64,000 bases of DNA from assembly GCA_020891255.1 (NCBI GenBank), contig BQFW01000014.1, positions 620,001-684,000 of the forward strand. The letters run 5' to 3'. Below the pieces are notes generated by a model, which was not told where the DNA came from, did no database searches, and worked only from the letters and a program-made list of their open reading frames with translations. The stretch comes from Entomortierella parvispora E1425 (taxonomy: Eukaryota > Fungi > Mortierellomycota). Both the position numbers and the translations under genes were made by a program. How positions within the stretch are numbered: the stretch's first letter is position 1; each line of letters opens with the position of its first letter. This document shows, piece by piece, positions 11,876 through 24,400 of the stretch.

Positions 11876-13951
11876 ATGCATGCATCCTCTCCCCATCCTC
11901 TCCGTCAAGTCTACATCAACAACGGCAACAGCAGTCAGAATAGCAGCTCTAATTCCCTCCTGCACCATCCTCACCCTTTGTACGCTATGGCTCCTGCCTA
12001 CGGCGCCCACTTGAACCAGACTCACCAAAGCCCCGTCAGTAGCGCTAGCAGCAGTACCAGCCATGGAGCCCAGCACTTCCAGCAAGGCGGCGCAGTTGTT
12101 GAGACGTCATTGACGCCTCGACTGACTCAGGGCGATCGAATGACCTGCATAGTGAACTCGTCCATCACTTGTGTCAATGCCAACGCTGTGACCGCGTGCG
12201 TCCAGGACTCAAAACGACCGGCTGGGCTCCAATATGGTCAGAGTGGCGGTAGCTTTTCTCAAGACTCGAGCGATGGCTCCACCACGCCATCCTCGCGCTC
12301 AAGGGCCAGCAGCAGTCAAGGATTTTATCACAAGGACGACACCAATCGAAGAGAGAGACTGGCGACAGATCGACTTCGACTATACGCTTTCGGAGGCTTT
12401 CACCAGTACACAGATGCTGTTAACAACGATCTCTACCGTTTGGATATCGACACTATGGTCTGGGAAAAACTCCTCTACACCAAAGGCGATCCACCATCCA
12501 AGAGAAACGACCATACAGCCACTCTATGGGGAGAAGATCGGATTGTCATCTTTGGTGGCAACGACGAGCTAAACAACTACTGCAACGACGTTCATGTGCT
12601 GCACGTCCGTACTCTCACTTGGGAAACGCCCAAGGTGAGTGGTAACATCCCCCTGGGCCGCGTCAAGCACGGGGCCACCATCTTGAACGATATGCTCTAT
12701 GTTTCAGGTGGTGTCTTGGATCAGGACGGCGTCTCTCCAGCTTTACTGAGGCTCGATTTGTTAACCTGGGAGTGGCAAGAAACTGTCCACTTTGTACCCA
12801 GATACACTCATACTCTCTTTGCATACCGCGACAAAATGTTTGCTTATGGAGGGTACAACGAGGAAATGGATCGAACGGACGAGATTGCCTACTTGGACTT
12901 AGAGACCAACCAGGTCACTAAGATCAACGTGACAAACGAGATCGCACCCAATGTGGCCGCACAGCAGTTCTCTCAGGTGTGTGGTCGGCATCTTGTCGTT
13001 GTTATCTCTCAGGGACTTCGATACGAACTCCAAAAGTTTACAGGAGGCATATGGACCTTAGACTTGGACTGTTTTCAATGGACTAAACATGACGACTGGA
13101 AAATCCTTGGAGAGAACCATACCTGGCACTACTTCTCGATGGAGCGTGATAGCGACCGGTTTTACCTGATTGGCGACGTAAATGATTCGGACGAGTACTT
13201 CAAGCAGGTTCTGACAGTTGACTTGCGTGAATACGGAACTTTCCAGGAACCTCCGGTGACGATTGGTAACGAGCTGGGCAGACTACTTCATGATCAAATG
13301 TCCTTGGCGGACTTTAGAATTATTTGCACAGGCAGGGACGTCTCCATCAACAACTCAATAGTGCTCGGCGACCCGATGGACGATTCAGACATGATCTTGG
13401 ATAACGAGTCCACAGTCCCGGGGAGCTATCGGAGGGACAGGCGACAGACCCCATCCTCTAGTCGAACTAGTAGTCCTCAGCAGGAGCCAATCCTATGCCA
13501 CAAGCTAATTTTGATGGCAAGGTGGCCTCATTTCGCCAGCATGGTTCAATCGGGCATGCAAGAGGCACAGACTAATACTCTGACTCTGCCGGAGCCTTAC
13601 GAGACGGTCAAGAACTTTGTCCATTATTTATACACGGACTCTATAGACGGAATGTCCACTGACACAGTCGCGGACCTGCTCGTCATGGGTAGTATGTATG
13701 TAATGAAAAGACTCGTGCAGCTGTGCAGTACGGCCTTACACCAACAAATCGACATTGAGACGGTGTCACGTATATACCACCGAGCGGGTCTCAGCGGTCA
13801 AATGGGGCTTCGTCAAAAAGCTTTGAAGTTCATGTTTCGAAACTATGGACCGGTGAGCAAGACTATCGGCTTTCGGTCCCTCCCAAAGGAGGCACTACTC
13901 GACTTTTGGGACTCGACTCCAGAAGGCGCTGTCATCAACGTGGCAATGTAG
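11876..13951 (+). CDS. Kelch-repeat + BTB/POZ domain protein (LZTR1/Mds3-like architecture)
   Basis: Single long ORF with Kelch repeats (LYAFGG, IVIFGG, LYVSGG, MFAYGG) and a C-terminal BTB (DFRII..HKLILMARWPHF..FVHYLYTD). Start placed at first suitable ATG. Confidence 0.88.
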   Translation: MHASSPHPLRQVYINNGNSSQNSSSNSLLHHPHPLYAMAPAYGAHLNQTHQSPVSSASSSTSHGAQHFQQGGAVVETSLTPRLTQGDRMTCIVNSSITCVNANAVTACVQDSKRPAGLQYGQSGGSFSQDSSDGSTTPSSRSRASSSQGFYHKDDTNRRERLATDRLRLYAFGGFHQYTDAVNNDLYRLDIDTMVWEKLLYTKGDPPSKRNDHTATLWGEDRIVIFGGNDELNNYCNDVHVLHVRTLTWETPKVSGNIPLGRVKHGATILNDMLYVSGGVLDQDGVSPALLRLDLLTWEWQETVHFVPRYTHTLFAYRDKMFAYGGYNEEMDRTDEIAYLDLETNQVTKINVTNEIAPNVAAQQFSQVCGRHLVVVISQGLRYELQKFTGGIWTLDLDCFQWTKHDDWKILGENHTWHYFSMERDSDRFYLIGDVNDSDEYFKQVLTVDLREYGTFQEPPVTIGNELGRLLHDQMSLADFRIICTGRDVSINNSIVLGDPMDDSDMILDNESTVPGSYRRDRRQTPSSSRTSSPQQEPILCHKLILMARWPHFASMVQSGMQEAQTNTLTLPEPYETVKNFVHYLYTDSIDGMSTDTVADLLVMGSMYVMKRLVQLCSTALHQQIDIETVSRIYHRAGLSGQMGLRQKALKFMFRNYGPVSKTIGFRSLPKEALLDFWDSTPEGAVINVAM

Positions 13952-14369
13952 ATATTCTCTTCCTTTTTTTTTTCTTTTTTTTGGCTTTAATAGCGGTTTT
14001 TATTTATTTCCTTTCGATATTCGACACGAGAATAAAGAAACAGGTACCTTGCTACATTCACGGAGGCAAAGCAGCCGTGCTGGCTCATTTGTGACCTGTC
14101 ATCACCCTCCCCGGTTGGCTGCGCCTCGAAATCGTGGCGAGCGGTTCACATCTATTGAGAGCACAGCCGAAGAACTGAAAATCTGTGGCTTGCAGTCGAC
14201 CGCACAAGCGCGGTATAAAGGCACTGGAACATGGGGGCAAAATTGCTTTGCCCTTCTCACAATTTATTTCCCCCTCTTCGCTACACATTCCTCACCACCA
14301 GGAAGGTCTTCCTCCACCGACACCTTACACAAATACCAATACTCAGCAAAAAAAAAAAAGCATACAAGC

Positions 14370-16313
14370 ATGGCAACTCTTCAGGAATTGTTCAACAAGG
14401 GCAGCGACTCATTTGTAGATGAGGACTACGAGGAAGCCCTGAGCTATTACTCAAAGGCCATCGAGATCAACTCAAGCCATGTCGAGGTTTTCTTGAAGCG
14501 GTAAGTCTGTTTGGTCATGCTTCATCTGCATTGACATACTTTGCTCCATGGATGCCTTGAAAACGCGCCCTTTCGCGTGAAGGGTTGTTTCGGACAAAAC
14601 GCCACCATTTTCATGGGAAGCGTCATGGCAGACAGACCCGCATGGGTGACACACCAGTGAGCTCAATGACCTTGTACTGACAAACCACCCACTGTTGCCA
14701 ACTTGGGCGCGCATGCTCGATCTTGTTTCCTCTTCACTTAGTTCGGCGACCTACCAAAAACTGAGCAAGTATCAGGAAGCATACGATGACGCTGTTCGGG
14801 CATTGGCACTCGTCAAAGAGAAACCCGGCTCGGATGTCACAGTGGAGGCTAAGGCCCAACTTCGCAAGGGGTAAGCCCAAGATCCCATGATGATTTTTGC
14901 TTTGGATAGTGGAAGTCAAGTGGATCAATGTGGCAAAGGGAAAAAAATGTTCTGTCAAGTTCTGTTGCACAAGCATGAGGAGCTTGCCGCCAACTGGCAC
15001 CGCCTCTCGCGCCTTCCCCGCGACTGAGTTGCTCTGTGATCCTCATTTTTTTCTTTGGTCTTTTGAATCTTAGAGTTGCGGCTTACCACCTTCAGGACTA
15101 CAACACTGCCAAGATCGCGTTGGCAGCGTGTCAGACCTTGAGCCCTGAGCAACGCACCTTGGAAAGCTGGATCCGAAAGAACGACCAAGAGCTGGCCAAG
15201 CTGCCAAAGCCTACCGTAGCCCCAGCTGCTGTGACTCAGACCGCGACCCCTGCTACGACTGCCAACCCTACTCCCGTGACCTCCCCTGTTGTCGCTAGTA
15301 CCTCGGCAATGGCGGCCACCCCTGCTCCCGCACCTTCGACTCCGGCTGCTCACCGAGTCAGGTAACCTTTTTTTTTTTTTTTTTGCCACCAAACGACATT
15401 GTACGGTTTAATGTTTTAATCACTAAGTTGAGCCTTTTTTTTGCTATAGACACGAATGGTACCAGAACGACGAGTATGTCACCATCAGCGTGTTCATCAA
15501 AAACGTCAAGCAGGATGCAGTCGATATCAACTTTACTGAGGATGCCGTAAGTGATCGATTAGATGGGTCCGCGCTCTGTGAAGTTTTGCGCCACCGGTTT
15601 AATGACGGGAGCTTCACGCTGACGTGTATTGCTTTGTGTGTATGGATAGTTATCGGTCTCTGTCAAGATGCCTACTGGAGCAGATTACTCTCTGGAGCTG
15701 GACCCCTTGAGCCACAAGGTCGTTCCTTCCGAGAGCAAGTTTGAGGTCTTGTCGACTAAGATTGAGATCCGATTGAAGAAGGAGCGCTTCGCTATCAAAT
15801 GGGGCGCTCTTGAGGGCGACGATACCAACGCAGGATCGATGGCCTCTGTTACTGGTATGTTCCTGTAGGTTAATTCTATTGCAGATATTAGCGCGGAATG
15901 CTGACAACTGTTCCATCTTTCTCTGTCAATCTAGCTTCGGCTCCTGCTTACCCTTCTTCGTCTAAGAAGGCCAAGAACTGGGATGCTCTTGAGAAGGAGG
16001 CAGCGAAGGACGAGGATAAAGCCGATGGAGACAAGGCCCTTAACCAGCTCTTTGCTACCATCTACAAGGACGCAGATGATGACACCAAGCGCGCCATGAT
16101 GAAGAGTTTCACTGAGAGCAATGGAACTTGTCTTTCGACCAATTGGGATGAGGTTGGAAAGGGTACTGTGGAGACTCGCCCACCAGAGGGAATGGTTGCT
16201 AAGAAGGTAGGGAGACACCACTTGATGATCGATTTTGTTCACGACCTTGCCACGTTGCGTTTTACTCACGCACTCTGCACACGTTCTTTGTCATCTGTTA
16301 GTACAACTCGTGA
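14370..16313 (+). CDS. SGT1: SGT1 co-chaperone (TPR, CS, SGS domains)
   Basis: TPR N-terminus; CS domain RHEWYQNDEYVTISVF..LSTKIEIRLKK; SGS NWDALEKE..ALNQLFATIY..KRAMMKSFTESNGTCLSTNW. Six GT-AG introns; ends KKYNS*. Confidence 0.95.
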
Positions 16314-16657
16314 AGATCAAAAGACGAGTAACTTGGAGAGCCTTCCCAAACCAACTTTGTTGCTATCGTTAGCTTGAGCGACACCCACCACGTTTGAAAC
16401 ACCATCTCGCGCCCAGGAACTACCCTCTCCTTTGTTTGTCAACGCACAGATGCCAGGAACAAACAAAAATAAATTTTCAAATTGAGATTGACGCTCGGAG
16501 TGGGAACCGATCGAGGTGGTTTACGTGAAGGAGGCGGTGACCCTCTGGAGAAGGTCGACCGATTCAACAGCAGAGGAGGCAGAAGCAACGCCAACAGTGG
16601 TCATTAGACACTGCCAGTTCGTCCCCAAGAACGTTATTTCTTCTTTACCATCTCCGG

Positions 16658-16930
16658 TTATCGAGTTGACAGAATTTTGCCGATGGAGGCAATTAACCTT
16701 GAAAAAAAAAGAGGTGGTTGGACAAAAAGAGTCGAACAGAGATATCCTTTTGTCTGGTCCATTTCACAAACTGCTCTTTTGCTGGCAGCGATTGTCCCTC
16801 TTTCCCTCTGTCTCTCTTTTTTTTTCTTTGCCACAAACAACATGAGCATTTGAGCAGGCTGTGGTTTGTTGTTTTGTATGCCTGGGTCCGACTCGATTGT
16901 CAGAGCGGGAGCAGGGACCGAGTCGACCAT
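16658..16930 (-). CDS. Candidate 43-aa spliced microprotein
   Basis: ATG at 16930, donor gtttgt at 16838, strong polypyrimidine acceptor ttttttttcaag ending 16698. Product MVDSVPAPALTIESDPGIQNNKPQPAQMLMLLIASIGKILSTR; no family recognised. Confidence 0.25.
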   Translation of the reverse strand: MVDSVPAPALTIESDPGIQNNKPQPAQMLMLFVAKKKKERQRERGTIAASKRAVCEMDQTKGYLCSTLFVQPPLFFSRLIASIGKILSTR

Positions 16931-17739
16931 TGAGGGAGTAAAGAGCTTTTTTTTTTTTTTTTTTGAGAGCAAAATTGGATGATAAAGTTGCAGGATGCAC
17001 GATTGGAGGGAGTGAAAGAGAGTGAGAGACTGAGGCTGAGGAGTTGCACGAAAGGTTTTCTTGCGGCTGATTCGTGCACGAGGGGTGGACACTTCATTTA
17101 TTTGCGCCGCCCTTTTGGCCGTTGAACTGGATTGCACCAGTGAAGGGAGAAGAAGAGTGCAAGTGAAGATGACATGGCAAGACAAAGAAGTGCAGAGTGT
17201 TGGAGACACAAGAGTCGAGGACCAACGGACGATGTGATCCGCGTCAACAAAGGAGATCTAAAAACAGTTTTACACAAGTTGCCACCAGTGCGCCCGTTAG
17301 GTGAGGAGGAACACAAGCAGGGACCCATGGACAGAACGTTGATAGAGCGAGAAGATACCCAAGAGAACAGGAGGACGGGCACCCCTGGTTGATATTGAAT
17401 GGCTGACTGACTGACCGACTGACTGGCTTGCGGAACAGTGGCCTATTTCTCGCACAGCGTGCCTCTTGCCCTGTTTTTGTTCTTTGCTTCCTTGCCCCTC
17501 TCCAACCCCTGCCCCTGCCCCTGCCCCTGCCCCTCCTCCTCCTCCTCCCCGAACCCCCATTCCCGCCTCAACGAACGGCACTCTCTCCATCCTCGAACTT
17601 CATTCATCCAAGACAGACTCTTCCTCCCTCCTGTCTCATCTCCTTCCTCATCTCTGCACCTGTCTCTTCACCCACCACTCCTTTTTTTCAGCTTTCCTCT
17701 TTCTCCACACCTTTTCCCAGAAAAGACTTTTCAGCAGCC

Positions 17740-18942
17740 ATGAAGTTCTCAAAGATCACGACTTCTTTGGCCCTTTGCACGCTTTTGCTACTGGTCGCTG
17801 GTCCCTCGGCGACCGTTCATGCCCAACTGACAGGTGACTCACCTATCGACGTCCCTCCTAAAGAACCAACTCCCCACACCCCGACAAAGGCGGCCGCTAC
17901 CACCACTGCTGCGATAACCACCGAAACGCACACTACTCTTCCCAGCTCAGCAGCACCAACACACCAAGCCACTACTTCGGCTGCTCCTCCTCCAGCGTCG
18001 TCTAAGACCACAGCTGCGCCTACGAGTGTAGCTCCCGTTGTCGCGCCACCTGTGCTCCCAACGTCTGCACCCACAGGAGGTAGTACTCTTCCACCCCAAG
18101 GCGGCACCCTGCAGAACTGTACGTCGACCGACACTTGCGGTACCGGTGGTCTCTGTGCGATCAATAATCCCAACACGACGCAGATGATGTGTGTGGCGAT
18201 GCCCTCCACAATCTGTGTATCAAGCCCGCTCAAGACCTGCAGCACCAACTTGGATTGTGATGGCACACCCTACACCTACTGTGGCCCCTATAATGGTGTG
18301 ATGAGTTGTGCAGGTCTGGGCCTTTATGGTAGCTGTAACCCCAATCCCGCCAAGAGTAACCTAAGCAACGTGATCAAGATTGCCGGAATTGCAGTGGGCT
18401 CGGTTGCGGCCCTGGCTGTGGTCTTTGCGATGGTCCGATGGCAGAGACGCCGTCAAAGATCCAAAATGCCCGCGGAGATGTTTGGAGAGATCGATTACGG
18501 CATGACGGATCGTCATTCGGGTGCGCCCTCTGCCAAAGCCGCGCCTCTTTCGGAACCGTACCCATTTTCGAGTCGTCCTCATGCCCACGGAAGCGATCGT
18601 CCTATGGGCGGAGGCGGGGGTGGATACGATAATCAGTACCATGAAGAGCCTGTTGGTTACAACGGACATCCCAAGGATCAATACTATGGCCACGATAACG
18701 GCGGTAGCTATGGATATGACCAGCATAGTGCACATGGTGGACATGGCGATGGTGGATTCTATGATAACAATCAATACGACGATTACAATCAACATCCTCA
18801 GAGCCATCATCTCTCTCCCCCGGTCGCGCCTGCAAGGGCTGCTTCTCCGCGTCATTACGACAACTATGGTGCAGAGCCAACAGAGCTGGACTTTGGTGGC
18901 CACGGTGGTCATGGAGGTGGCGGATACGGTGGTCGGTACTAA
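17740..18942 (+). CDS. Type-I membrane glycoprotein: signal peptide, T/P/A-rich stalk, 10-Cys domain, TM, Tyr/Gly/His-rich tail
   Basis: MKFSKITTSLALCTLLLLVAG signal; TM IAGIAVGSVAALAVVFAMV followed by RWQRRRQR; intronless 400-aa ORF. Confidence 0.85.
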   Translation: MKFSKITTSLALCTLLLLVAGPSATVHAQLTGDSPIDVPPKEPTPHTPTKAAATTTAAITTETHTTLPSSAAPTHQATTSAAPPPASSKTTAAPTSVAPVVAPPVLPTSAPTGGSTLPPQGGTLQNCTSTDTCGTGGLCAINNPNTTQMMCVAMPSTICVSSPLKTCSTNLDCDGTPYTYCGPYNGVMSCAGLGLYGSCNPNPAKSNLSNVIKIAGIAVGSVAALAVVFAMVRWQRRRQRSKMPAEMFGEIDYGMTDRHSGAPSAKAAPLSEPYPFSSRPHAHGSDRPMGGGGGGYDNQYHEEPVGYNGHPKDQYYGHDNGGSYGYDQHSAHGGHGDGGFYDNNQYDDYNQHPQSHHLSPPVAPARAASPRHYDNYGAEPTELDFGGHGGHGGGGYGGRY

Positions 18943-19210
18943 GAAAGCCAATCGCCGAAAATTTCCGTTACAATCCTCTTCCTTCTTTGAACAGAGCATG
19001 CATGATAAAGAAATAAAAAAAAATACATCTCTGGTAAGCCAACGGTCAACCAATGTATCGGCCAATTTGTGCATTTAAATTTCACGTCAGATGCCAACAC
19101 AAACAAAATTGCACAATAATCACGACGGGAAGAACGATAGGTATGTGGGGATATGGTTTTTTTTTGTGGGGTGTGAGTATTAAATACACAAGGGAAGGGA
19201 TTGAAGTTGT

Positions 19211-21033
19211 CTAGTTCTTGGCCAATTTGGCCTGCCTTCGCTCCTCGATATCAATCTGGGCCAAGGCCTTGCTGGCGTTAGCGAACTGGACGCAGCTGAT
19301 GATCTGCTTGCCAGCGCAGATGGGTCCAGTCAAAACGGCCAGGGTCCAGAGCAAAAAGGTGAAGAATGAGGAGGTATCCGAGTCCAGGCAACGGAGGAGA
19401 TAGAGGACCACAAAGAAAAGCTCATTGCCGAAGCAGAAGGCAAAAAGTACGAGCTAGAAGATGAAAGTAGAAAACAAAACGAATGTTCAGTCAAAGGCCC
19501 TCCCAATGAGCTCCCCGATAATTTGCCTCAAGGCGTGAATCTGTTGAGGATTCACAGATCAGCCCCTTTTGTATTCTTACGTTATTGTTGTAGTACGCGC
19601 GAAGGATGAAGTTGCCGCTTTCCGAGATCTTCTTATGGCTGGAGGATCCAGAAACGAGAGAGCTGGCGGCGAGTATATAAAAACAGCCAAGTATGAGAAA
19701 TGAAAAGTCAGGGTTTGGACAAAAGTGCGCGTCCTGCTCTACCATCGTGCCTGCTGGGATTTGAGAGCATCTTGCTAAACTGGTTACAAGGCCGTGATCT
19801 CCGCCCACATGTGAAATGTACGATCGGGCAAGAAAACAGCATTTGCCGGCAAACAATGTTTTTCTTGAATCGGATTGACATACCTGTACATGTGCATGTA
19901 ATGACTACTGACATCCAAGGCAATCAGGAACTGGAAGAGTAAAGCGTATTCGGGGTAGGCATGGGCGAGGTAGCAGAGAAGACAGGCGGTGGCACATCTA
20001 ACGGCCAAGATCAAACGGAAAAACAAAGTGATCGTCAGATGTTTTGATTCGTGATGCATTGTTGTTAGTTTGGACACCTGTGTCCATGTGTGCGCGACTT
20101 GCTGGGAGCGAGAGGAGGTGAATGCGTGGAGGAAGAGCGAATATTGGATGAAATGGAAGTATCGAGGATTCTTTCATTTCAAAGCAACGTGACGGAAGAA
20201 CCTTGACAGGTGCACCCACACGACAACCGCACACGACGGCCATCTTTGAGAGGAAAGCTGAAAAATGAAGGGGAAAAAAAATAGAGAGCCAACCCTTTCA
20301 CCCTCACTCCATGCGAGAGCCATGGTCCGATTTTTTTTCTTTCTTTTTGCAGAAGAGCAGCAAACTGACAGAGTAAACGCCGCCTGGAGCACTTGTCTGC
20401 AAACACCCACGTCCTGCCCCGAGTATCCAAACGAAAAAAGCTTCGCCATTCATATCCTGTCGTCGCCTTACCTGTCAGTGACCATATCCAAAATAGCGCC
20501 AAACTTGCTGCCTGGAAACATTCATGATCCATAAAGAAGGCAAGGAGAATTATCAGTCGCTGGCAATCAATTATGAGAAACCTGAAAGCTGACAGAGCAT
20601 GGTTATACTAGGTTGCAGGAGCTGATTGCAAACAATGTACGAAGGAGCTTACATTGGTTATAGTATCTGGCAGCCTGGCCATCGACGGCATCGAGCAGAC
20701 ACGAGAGCGAGTACATGAACATGCATGTCTTCGGGTGCGATGGCATGTAGTAGAGCGCGCCTGCAGCAAGGATAATACGAGTGTATCCTGCAAGGGTGGA
20801 AGCCGCAGAGAGGAAGGGGGGAGCAGATGTAGACAGAGATGCAACGGGTTAGCTCAACCGGGGGAAGGAGTGTCCAGGTTCTTGTGGATCGAGATGAAAA
20901 CAAAGAAGCAAAGAGTGGTTCATGCCACAGGTCCCGTACCGATCAAGTTGGGGATGAAGAGAAAGACATTCTCATCAGCAGGCACAGCCTTTGTGGCCTG
21001 GGCAGATGCAGCTCTGGTGTTCTTGGCGGGCAT
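19211..21033 (-). CDS. PIS1: CDP-diacylglycerol:inositol 3-phosphatidyltransferase
   Basis: ENVFLFIPNLIGYTR; CDP-alcohol motif DAVDGQAARYYNQ..FGAILDMVTDR; LDVSSHYMHMY; GNELF. Five GT-AG introns. Confidence 0.95.
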
Positions 21034-21413
21034 TTCTCTTTTTTACTTGTCCGTCGTGTCTGTGTCTGTCTGTCTGTCGTTCTGTCGTCTGTCTGTCTAT
21101 CTGTCTCTGCGCCAGGAAGAGGGGGATGGAGAGAAAGGAATGAAGGAAGAAGGGATGGATGACAGAGCGATGCGCCTTGAGTTGTTCTACTTCTCCCCTG
21201 CTCAAAGGCACAAATGAAAATGAAAATCAAAATCATCACGTGATTACATCGGTTCTCCCCTTCCTCCTTTCTCGGCGTGTCCATCCTCTTCGTCCATTCT
21301 CCCATTGCACCTCCTTCTCTCCTGGTCATCGAGCCGTCCCAAGGAAGCACATCTCGACCGGACCGCGTCTAATTCACCGCCAATCGACTCCACGCAGAAA
21401 GGCACTGGGCATC

Positions 21414-24400
21414 ATGGACACATACCCGCCAGAGTTTGTCATTCATCTGCAGCCGACACTTATCGTCACTGGCCTTCTGCCTGCCGAGGACGCGTCGAGC
21501 AATGCAGATGCCCTGTCTTCTCAGGAGAAGCGCAATGTCAATCCAACACTCGAGGCCCAAAAGGCGGCCTTGCTCCATGCTATGCTCTCACGCAACAACG
21601 TCTCATACTGGGACAACACCAAGGGACTAGCAGGGTCACTCTACTTTGTCGTGCCTGAGCAACGAAGCTACATCCTCCAACCCACGCGAAAGTTCCTGCA
21701 GCAAACCGGCCAGCAATATCAAGTCCCATCACTTTCGCCCTCATCACCATCCTCACCATTATACCCAGACGGTCTTATTTCCCCTGTGTGGTTAAGAAGA
21801 CACCGCGAGCAGATACCCTCAGTCTTTATTGCCATTGTGGATCTCTGGGACAGAGAATCTGTCATCAGCAACGCCAGTGATCATGGAAATCGCACCGTCT
21901 TCTCCGATAAGGGGCCACTAGGCGTCGTTGATCCAATGGAGCGCGAACATGACATTGTCCTTGCCCAAGAGCTACTCGAGCGCAGGTAAGCGATGAAATC
22001 CATAAAGGACGTCAAAGCTCAGCAAACAACTGACATTTTACTTTTTTTTTCCTCGATATTTTAGAAAGGTTGCCCAAGAACGGACAGTCAAGTTTGCCGC
22101 CGTCATTATTTTGCAGCGATCTCATATGGGTACAGTTCAAACCTTTGATTGCATCGCTTGAACCTTGAGTAGACACTATGGAGGTTGGTACTGACAAGTA
22201 TGACAAATCTCTGTTGACTGATAGAGGATCCGTCGATTGAAGATCGTCTGAACTTTGTGCGGAAATCGGCCGGCCTTGACATCAAAAACTCGTTTTATGT
22301 TTTGTCTCCTAGCAGCCCACAGGAGATTTCCGAATTTGCGATCAAGTAAGCGACACTCCACTTGGAGAACCAATTATCTCTTTATTGCATTGGATCACTA
22401 ACAATGTTTTGCTTTCTAGCCTGCAGCGATCACAATACGAAGGATCCATGAACTACTACAAGGAACAGATCAAGAGGCACAAAAAGAAAAAATCGAACCT
22501 TCCTTCAACATCAGCGAGTGTTCGACCCCAACAGGGCAACGGAGGATCTCAGCAGTTTCAACAAGATCAACTGCAGCAACAGCAAGGACTTTCAGTACAA
22601 GGGTGGATGCTACGATATGACTATAAAATGGGAATGTTCTCAGAGTGTAAACAGGATATCGATAATGCAGTCAAGTACTACGAGTCTGCCTATGGACTTT
22701 TAGTCGATATGTTTGCAGTTACCTCTAGTATTACCCCTGGAGCATCAGGATTGCAAGCTCGCACCAAACGTTGGGCTGAAGCCAAGGTCTTGGCAGATTG
22801 CCTCTGTCTGAAGGTGAGGTGGAGTTGTGCGCTCTTTACAAGTTCTGAAGGTAATAGTATCCTAACGTTGAATTTTTTCCCTATAGATCTGCAAATTTCA
22901 TTTGTATCTGGATGCTCCTTCGACAGCCTTCTTCCACTTCCGCCGTCATTTGATCGTCTTCAAAGCTCTTTCTACAAGCTGGCGCATGGGCGATGATTCA
23001 TTTGAGTACTGGGCATGGCTTGGAAAGCAATACCGTGTGTTAGGTGATCTCATCGACATTGGCACCAAGTCTGGGTTCAAACTCCCATCCCCATCACCAG
23101 GAAGTGTCGTCTATGGATCGTTTGCAGGAATGACTGATGGAGCCAAGGACTTAAGCAGATTCTCTGGTGTCGCTATCGGCGGCAGCTCAACAGGCTTTGG
23201 CATTGGGCCCAACGGCGATGCATACCCATATAATGGCAATGTAGGAGGAGGACGGGGAGGTGGCACGCATGGCCCTGGCGCGGGAATCAACCCCATGCTG
23301 GTGCTTCAGCACGCAGGATATTTTTATCACCAGGCTGCCAATTGTAGCGTACAACGACGTCTCCGCTTTGAGATTGCTGAAGAAGTAAGCTGCGTGCTGC
23401 TCTGATCTGCGTTGGATACCAAGCGCTGGGTTACTGACGACTCTTGTCTTTTTCTTTCTCTCTCTCTCTCTCTACCAAGGCGTATCCTGACTCCAATGTG
23501 GCGCCTGTACCATCAGCAAATATTCCACATCCGCCGTCTCTTCAGTCCATGAATGCTGAGCGCACGATCGACCATTTGTCGCTGACAGTCGAACTCTTGA
23601 CTAAAAGCTATGAACAGTTTAAACGCCACAAGGCAGGACGTATGACTATGTTCCTCGCCTCCGAGATCGCAGGCACCTACTACACTGCTGGGAAATTCGA
23701 GATGGCATTGAAGTAAGCCTGGGATTTTCATCTGGAGTCATGGAACTCTGCATGATAGGGGACTGCATCACGGGAGGTTGTGCTGACATTTATCGATATT
23801 CTAGGTTTTTCGAACGGATTGGCAAGACATATCGAAAGGAGGGATGGAATTTGATCTTGACATCCATCTTGAAGTGGTCGGTGCAGTGTGCAAAGGAGCT
23901 TGGATTCTGGGAAACTGTTGTTGAATGCTACATTGAGATGCTTAGTCCAGGTAAACACCCTGCATGTTTGGTCTTTAAATGATCGCCCATCGAGAGTCAT
24001 CCCGCAATGAAACTAATACATGATATTGACTATGTCTCCAACAGAAATGCCATCCACCCCAGCCAAGAGACAGAGCATTTTCGATGAGCTGGTCAGCATC
24101 CTTCACACAGAAATATCTCCAGCGAACAAAGTCAGCCATAATCCTGTAGTAGTGTCGATGCCACAGATCAATTCGTTTGGTAATCATCTCTCTTGACATC
24201 ATACACAACTTATTGGTGGAAAATCTGATATTTATTTAATTTTATTCTTTCCGTTTTCCTGCAGTTACCTGTGCAGTTCAGTTCCAAGGTAGACAGTCTT
24301 TTGTGTCTTCGCCGAGCAAGTTCCAACTTCAGCTCTTCACCCAGGGTGGGGAGGATGCTCTTCCGCAGCCCTTCCGAGTGTCATTTATTGACATTGAATT

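Noticed and set aside
16742-16751. ATATCCTTT U12-type donor-like sequence (also near 39932)
   Set aside because: Not at an exon boundary of any supported gene; all introns parsed are U2-type GT-AG.
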